Position numbers and translations under genes: made by a program. Below are positions 20,570-26,359 of a stretch of DNA of 26,359 nucleotides, piece by piece. The stretch comes from Chiloscyllium plagiosum (taxonomy: Eukaryota): positions 36,398,140-36,424,498 of the forward strand of contig NC_057720.1 of NCBI RefSeq assembly GCF_004010195.1, in the 5' to 3' direction. The notes below the pieces were generated by a model. The model was not told the DNA's origin, did no database searches, and saw only the letters and a program-made list of their open reading frames with translations. Every line of letters begins with the position of its first letter. The first letter of the stretch is position 1.

Positions 20570-22058
20570 TATCTATATGGACTTAAGTAAGGCTTTCGAC
20601 AAGGTTCCCCATGGGAGACTGATTAGCAAGGTTAGATCTCACGGAATATAGGGAGAACTAGCCATTTGGATGCAGAACTGGCTCAAAGGTAGAAGACGGA
20701 GGGTGGTAGTAGAGGGTTGTTTTGCAGACTGGAGGCCTGTGAGTAGTGGAGTGCCACAAGGATCGGTGCTGGGTCTACTACTTTTCATCATTTATATAAA
20801 TGATTTGGATGTGAGCATAAGAGATGTAGTTAGTAAGTTTGCAGATGACACCAAAATTGGAGGTGTAGTAGACAGTGAAGAAGGTTACCTCAGATTACAA
20901 CAGGATCTTGATCAGATGGGCCAGTGGGCTGAGAAGTTGCAGATGGAGTTTAATTCAGATAAATGCGAGGTGCTGCATTTTGGGAAAGCAAATATTAGCA
21001 GGACTTATATACTTAATGGTAAGGTCCTGGACGAGTGTGTCTGAACAAAGAAACCTTGGTGTACAGCTTCATAGCTCTTTGAAAGTAGAGTCACAGGTAG
21101 ATAGGATAGTGAAGAAGATGTTTGGTATGCTTTCCTTTATTGGTCAGAGTACTGAGTACAGGAGTTGGGAGGTCATGTTGCGGCTGTACAGGACATTGGT
21201 TAGGCCACTGTTGGAATATTGCATGCAATGCTGTAGTTCTGTTCGCCGAGCTGGAAGTTTTTGTTGCAAACGTTTCGTCCCCTGTCTAGGTGACATCCTC
21301 AGTGCTTGGGAGCCTCCTGTGAAGCGCTTCTGTGGTGTTTCCTGCTTCCAGCAGGGACAGGCCACTATAAATGCCAGAGGAAACACCACAGAAGCGCTTC
21401 ACAGGAGGCTCCCAAGCACTGAGGATATCACCGAGACAGGGGACGAAACGTTTGCAACAAAAACTTCCAGCTCAGCGAACAGAACCACAGCAACGAGCAC
21501 CCGAGCTACAAATCTTCTCACAAACTTTGAATTGCATGCAATTCTGGTCTTCTTCCTATTGTAAAGATATTGTGAAACTTGAAAGAGTTCAGAAAAGATT
21601 TACAAGGATGTTGCCAGAGTTGGAGGATTTGAGCTATAGGGAGAGGCTGAACAGGCTGGGGCTGTTTTCCCTAGAGCGTCGGAGACTGAGAGGTGACCTT
21701 ATCGAGGTTTACAAAATTATGAGGGGCGTTGATAGGATAAATAGACAAAGTCTTTTCCCTGTGCTGGGGGAGTCCAGAATTAGAGGACATAGGTTTAGGG
21801 TGAGAGGGGAAAGATGTAAAAGAGACCTAAGGGGCAACGTTTTCATGCTGAGTTTGGTCTGTGAATGGAATGAGCTGCCAGAGGAAGTGTTGGAGGCTAG
21901 TACAATTGCTACATTTAAAAAGCATTTGGATGGGTATATGAATAGAAAGGGTTTGGAAGGATATGGCCCGGGTGCTGGCAGGTGGGTTGGGTATCTGGTC
22001 GGCATGGATGGGTTGGACCAAAGGGTCTGTTTCCATGCTGTACATGTCTATGACTCTA
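20570..22058 (+). mobile_element. 5'-truncated CR1 LINE interrupted by a mini-PLE
   Basis: [38 protein letters not shown], tail tctatgactcta. Confidence 0.93.
21230..21530. mobile_element. 301-bp fold-back mini-PLE with hammerhead motifs on both strands
   Basis: Arms 21230-21343 and about 21378-21491 are near-perfect inverted repeats; CTGAGGA-tatcaccgagacaggggac-GAAAC at 21419-21449 and its inverted copy at 21268-21302; 12-bp TSD attgcatgcaat at 21218-21229 and 21531-21542. Confidence 0.9.
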
Positions 22059-22562
22059 AGTAGACCATGCTCAGAATGCATTGTCTATTTCTGGTAGCCA
22101 TGGCATAATTCAAGCTGTGGAACCAAATACACATTCTCGAGAATTAATGCTGCCTGATGCATTAACATTTTAAACAAGAATAATTTGTGTATTTGAATAC
22201 ATGTGATATTCAGTACAGCTTAGATATAAGATTTAGTCCAAAAGGATAGAACAGTGGAAACCGTCAGCAATTAATGACAAGTTACTTTCTTGGTTGAAAA
22301 GATTAAACTGAAGATGAAATGGGATTAGGAATGTTGTTGAGGTTAAACACCAACACAGACTGTTAAACCAAATGGTCTCTATCCATATTGTAATTTATAC
22401 ATAATTCAAAATACTTTATACTGTAAATACAACTTTAAAGTGTATAAATGATACAGCAGATCTCACTGTGCTCATGTTGGATCAGTTACTGTTCCAAGAT
22501 TTTATGTTTCACATTTATTTTGAATTCTGTCTTTCAATCTATGCTATGTCTTTCTACCATAG

Positions 22563-22655
22563 GATTATACTTCATTGGAAACAACAGCAAACTCTTTTCC
22601 TGTTTCCATGGCAACAGCACAACAAATGCGGACCTCTGAGAAACAAGTATCTGGG
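22563..22655 (+). CDS. Candidate host exon, 93 nt, possibly containing the start codon; gene not identified
   Basis: Pyrimidine-rich acceptor gtctttctaccatag|, donor ggg|gtaatt, open frame DYTSLETTANSFPVSMATAQQMRTSEKQVSG with tccATGg; lies in non-repetitive AT-rich DNA downstream of the promoter. Confidence 0.45.
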
Positions 22656-23023
22656 GTAATTTTGTATTCAGACTAAACAAGTATTACTGCATAGTTTATT
22701 ACTAGATATTCTAGACATTCAATTAAATTGTAAATTACATTGTGTATATCAGAAATAGTTTATTTCATTGCCATTTTAGTGGAAAGAAAACTGTTAATTT
22801 CTTATATTTAGGCATACATGTGTGCCTAATCCATCTGTCAATATAAATATATCTTATTTGTATGTACTTTTCTATCTGAAAATGTTTGGCATTTTACCTT
22901 TTTTTTCCACTTTAAATCAAACTGAAGCATAAAAATGAATTAACTGGATTCTTTTTGATTGTCTGCTATCTCTGTCAATCATTGCTAAGCTCCGCTCTCC
23001 TAATTTCACATTCAGTTAAAGGA

Positions 23024-23112
23024 CTTCTGAAGAAGAGTCATATCCAACTCAAACGTGAATTCTGTTTCTATTTCAACATCCAGATTTGAGTATTTTCAGC
23101 CTTTTTTTCTTT
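23024..23112 (+). mobile_element. Old PLE terminal fragment with decayed hammerhead core
   Basis: ctgaagaagagtcatatccaactcaaacgt followed by a tail resembling 2881-2947. Confidence 0.5.
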
Positions 23113-23119
23113 AAGATTT

Positions 23120-24400
23120 TACAGTCCATTATTAAGGATGAGATCGTGGAGTACTTGGAAGTGCATGGTAAAATAGGGCAGAATCAACATGGCTTTGTCA
23201 AGGGTATGTCATGCATGACAAATATGTTAAAATTCTTTTGAGGAGTTAATGAGCAGGTCAGACAAAGGGGAGCTAGTGGACATGATATATTTGGACTTCC
23301 AGAACGCCTTTGACAAGGTGCAATACAAGAGGCTGCTTAATAAGATAATAGCCCAAAATATTAGGGGCAAAGTGCTGGCATGAATAGAGGATTGGCAGAA
23401 TACAGAGAGTATGGATCAAGAAGTACTTTTCAGAGTGGCATTGGTAGCTAGAGGTCTGTGTTGGGACCAGAACTATTCATGTTATATGTTAACAATCTGG
23501 ATGAAGGAATTAATAGCACGAACACAAAGTTTGCAGATGAGGCACAGGTGGTGTTGAAGCAGGGAGGCTGGAGAAGTATTGGACAAGCGAGGAGAGTGGG
23601 CAAAGAAGTGGCAGATGGAATTCAATGTAGGAAAGTGTGAGGTTATGTACTTTGGTAAGAAGAACAGAAGCATACTTTCTTCTAAACAAGGAAATGCTTT
23701 GGAAATCTGAAACACAAAGGGAAATGGGAGTCCTAATTCAAGGTTCTCTTAACATTAACATGTAAGTGCATTTGCCTTCCTAACTGCCAAATGAAATGTT
23801 AGCACTCGTTTTGAGAGGGTTAGGATGTACTGTTGAGGCTGTGTAAGGCTCTGATCAGATCACATTTGGAATATTGAGTGTTTACAGCCCCAATTCTTAA
23901 GAAGGATGTACTGGGAATGGAGGGAGTCCAGAGGAGGTTTACAAGAATAATCCCAGGGATGAAGGGCTTGTCGTTTGAGGAACAATCGAGGACTCTGGGT
24001 CTGTACTCAGTGGAGTTTAGAAGGCTGAGGGGGCATCTAACTGAAACTTACAGAATGCTGAGAGGCCAGGATAGAGTGGACATGGTGAAGATGTTTCCAC
24101 TAGTAGGAAAGACTAGGGCAATAACTCAGAGTGAAGGAATTACCTTTTGGAACTGAGATGAGAAGGAATTTCTACAACCAGAGAGTCATTAATCTGTGAA
24201 ACTCATTGTCATGGCAGGCTATGGAAGCCAAGTCATTGAGCATATTTAAGGTTCAGATAGGTTCTTAATTGTTTAGGGGATCAAAGGTTACTGGGAGAAC
24301 GCAGAAGAATGGGGTTGAGAAATATATTAGCCATAATTGAAAGATGGAGCTGACTCGATGGGCTGAATGGCCTAATTCTGCTCATATGTCTTATGGTCTT
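23120..24400 (+). mobile_element. Older CR1 LINE (RT plus 3' UTR)
   Basis: QHGFVKG, YLDFQNAFDKV, LGPELFMLYVNNL, KFADE, EGVQRRFTRIIPGMKG; tail atgtcttatggtctt. Confidence 0.88.
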
Positions 24401-24864
24401 GGTCATATGTTTCAGTTTTGCCATTGTGACTAACAAGTATGTGTTTCTTTGCTAAAACAAGTTCCTTTCCTGTGGTGGACATCAGCCTTTCACGGCTGAT
24501 GCTACTCCATTTTGAATTTCCTGCAAATGTGCTGTTGACTAGTCTCTTTGAAAAAGCTATCCCTGTGGAACTTATTCAAATTATGAGGAGACATGCTCTT
24601 CATAAAACTTGGCATAATTGTGCCTTGTGATACTGACACAACTGAACACTTGAACTTGTACTATGTTACTACAACCCCATTTTCCTTGACTCTTAAAATA
24701 GCAAATAAGTTGAGCAATTATTTGTAGGGTAAGCTGTATAATGTAGAATATGTGTTCAAATAAAGGTGGTGCTGACTTCTGTTAAGACCTAATTCTTAAT
24801 TTCAAAACAGTCTTGGTCATTGAGATCTTCAGTGTTTGGCAAGGAACTTTGCATAGTATAATTT

Positions 24865-25340
24865 CAATAGACAATAGGTGCAGGAGTAGGCCATTCTGCC
24901 CTTCGAGCCTGCACTACCATTCATTATGATCATGGCTGATCATCCTCAATCAGTATCCTGTTCCTGCCTTATCTCCATAATCCTTGATTCCACTAACCTT
25001 GAGAGCTCTATCCAACTCTTTCTTAAACGAATTCAGAGACTGGGCCTCCACTGCCTTCTGGGGCAGAGCATTCCACACACCCACCACTTTCTGGGTGAAG
25101 AAGTTTCTCTTCATCTCTGTCCTAAATGGCCTACCCTTTATTTTTAAGCTGTGTCCTCTGGTTTGGGACTCACCCATCAGCGGAAACATGTTTCCTGCCT
25201 CCAGAGTGTCCAATCCTTTAATAATCTTATACGTCTCAATCAAATCCCCTCTCAGCCTTCTAAACTCAAGGGTACATAAGCCCAGTCGCTCCAATCTTTC
25301 AACATAATTTAGTCCCGCCATTCCAGGAATTGACCTCGTG
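24865..25340 (-). mobile_element. CR1 3' end, relatively young
   Basis: Stop-free GLNYVERLERLGLCTLEFRRLRGDLIETYKIIKG...FKKELDRAL and tail (rc of caatagacaataggtgcaggagtaggcc). Confidence 0.9.
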
Positions 25341-25639
25341 TTTTCTCCTGAGTTTTACACCACAGATTAAAAAGCATGCAACTTTTAATGTTTTTAAAAT
25401 GTATTGATATTATTTCTATTATTATTATTACTATTATTGGTATAGATATGCAAAGAACAGAAATTCTACTGATAGCATTACACCATTACAAATGCTGTGG
25501 GGTGTAAATCCTGTTATGATTCCAAAAGGTTGAATATCTGTGCCAATAATAACACAATAGAACTGCCCAGACAGCAGAACATTTGGAATCTTTGAATGTC
25601 ATGCCAGAATACTTACAAACTCAGTCAACAAGAACTGGA

Positions 25640-25765
25640 TCAATTGGTAGATATTTTTAATCAATCTGTTCAGACATGTTATGACAGACTTCTAGAACAG
25701 CTAAGTCTTGAACCCAAGCTTTCTAGCTCAGAAGTAGGGACACTACCACTGTGCCACAAAATCCC
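25640..25765 (-). mobile_element. Degenerate tRNA-derived SINE head
   Basis: Minus strand gtggcacagtggtagtgtccctacttctgagctagaaagcttgggttcaagac, with A box and B box at tRNA spacing but no cloverleaf. Confidence 0.6.
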
Positions 25766-25909
25766 GCAGGATCAATTTGTAAAAAGAAATGTTGGCCCTG
25801 AATCAAGTGGCAACTCGTGGCAGTTTACTGGTGCCCATCTGTGGCCGAGAACAGCAAACTACACCTGAGCCTTATGGTGATGTACCCAGCAGGATGTCTG
25901 GGGAAATCC

Positions 25910-26359
25910 GACCGTTACACCGCTGAGGCTAAACGCCAGCTCGCGGACACCACCTCCTACTGCCCCCTTGACCATGACGCCACCTCCCACCACCAAACCA
26001 TCATCTCCCAGACCATCCATAACCTTATCACCTCAGGGGATCTCCCACAACCCCGCACTGCCCGTTTCTACCTCCTGCCCAAAATCCACAAACCTGACTG
26101 CCCTGGCCGACCCATTGTCTCAGCCTGCTCCTGCCCCACCGAACTCATCTCTGCATACCTTGACACGGTCCTGTCCCCCTTAGTCCAAGAACTCCCCACC
26201 TACTTGCGGGACACCACCCATGCCCTCCACCTCCTCCATGATTTTCGCTTCCCGGGTCCCCAACGCCTTATCTTCACCATGGACATCCAGTCCCTGTACA
26301 CCTCCATCCCCCATCACAAAGGACCCAAAGCCCTCCGCTTCTTCCTTTCACGCCGTACC
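25910..26359 (+). mobile_element. 5'-truncated PLE RT, continuing off the window edge
   Basis: 150 stop-free codons: YTAEAKRQLADTTSY...RFYLLPKIHKPDCPGRPIVSACSCPTELISAYLD...FTMDIQSLYTSIPH. Confidence 0.92.

Noticed and set aside
24480..24501. Hairpin catcagcc-tttcac-ggctgatg
   Set aside because: An isolated 8-bp stem is not surprising in 26 kb and has no supporting context.
558..26359. Prokaryotic RT systems (retron, DGR, group II intron)
   Set aside because: All RT fragments carry CR1, Penelope or R2 signatures, mostly decayed, in vertebrate DNA.

Overview
Eukaryotic, transposon-dense vertebrate DNA. An HE1-type V-SINE, a Deu-domain SINE relic and shark-type CR1 and Penelope families point to a cartilaginous fish (inference). 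I see no intact protein-coding gene; most ORF-track entries are decayed retroelement pieces, their antisense frames, or artefacts across a 759-nt N gap. The host scaffold is a CpG-island promoter (about 11330-11720; ZNF143, NRF1, E2F, CCAAT and GC-box motifs; possibly bidirectional), then a 40-bp minisatellite, then one plausible + strand 93-nt exon at 22563-22655. The most unusual feature is a decayed R2 non-LTR retrotransposon (about 14263-20078) with three zinc fingers, a Myb domain and RT. It sits in the minisatellite, not in 28S rDNA, yet still carries a 15-nt 28S-derived leader (gggagtaactatgac) and a recognisable HDV-like ribozyme fold. It has no target-site duplication and lacks the C-terminal endonuclease region. 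The window also has six fold-back Penelope-like insertions with 8-16 bp TSDs and hammerhead motifs, two Tc1/mariner MITEs, a MITE fragment patched into a Penelope arm, and several nested CR1 LINEs. Family names come from motif recognition and memory, not database searches.
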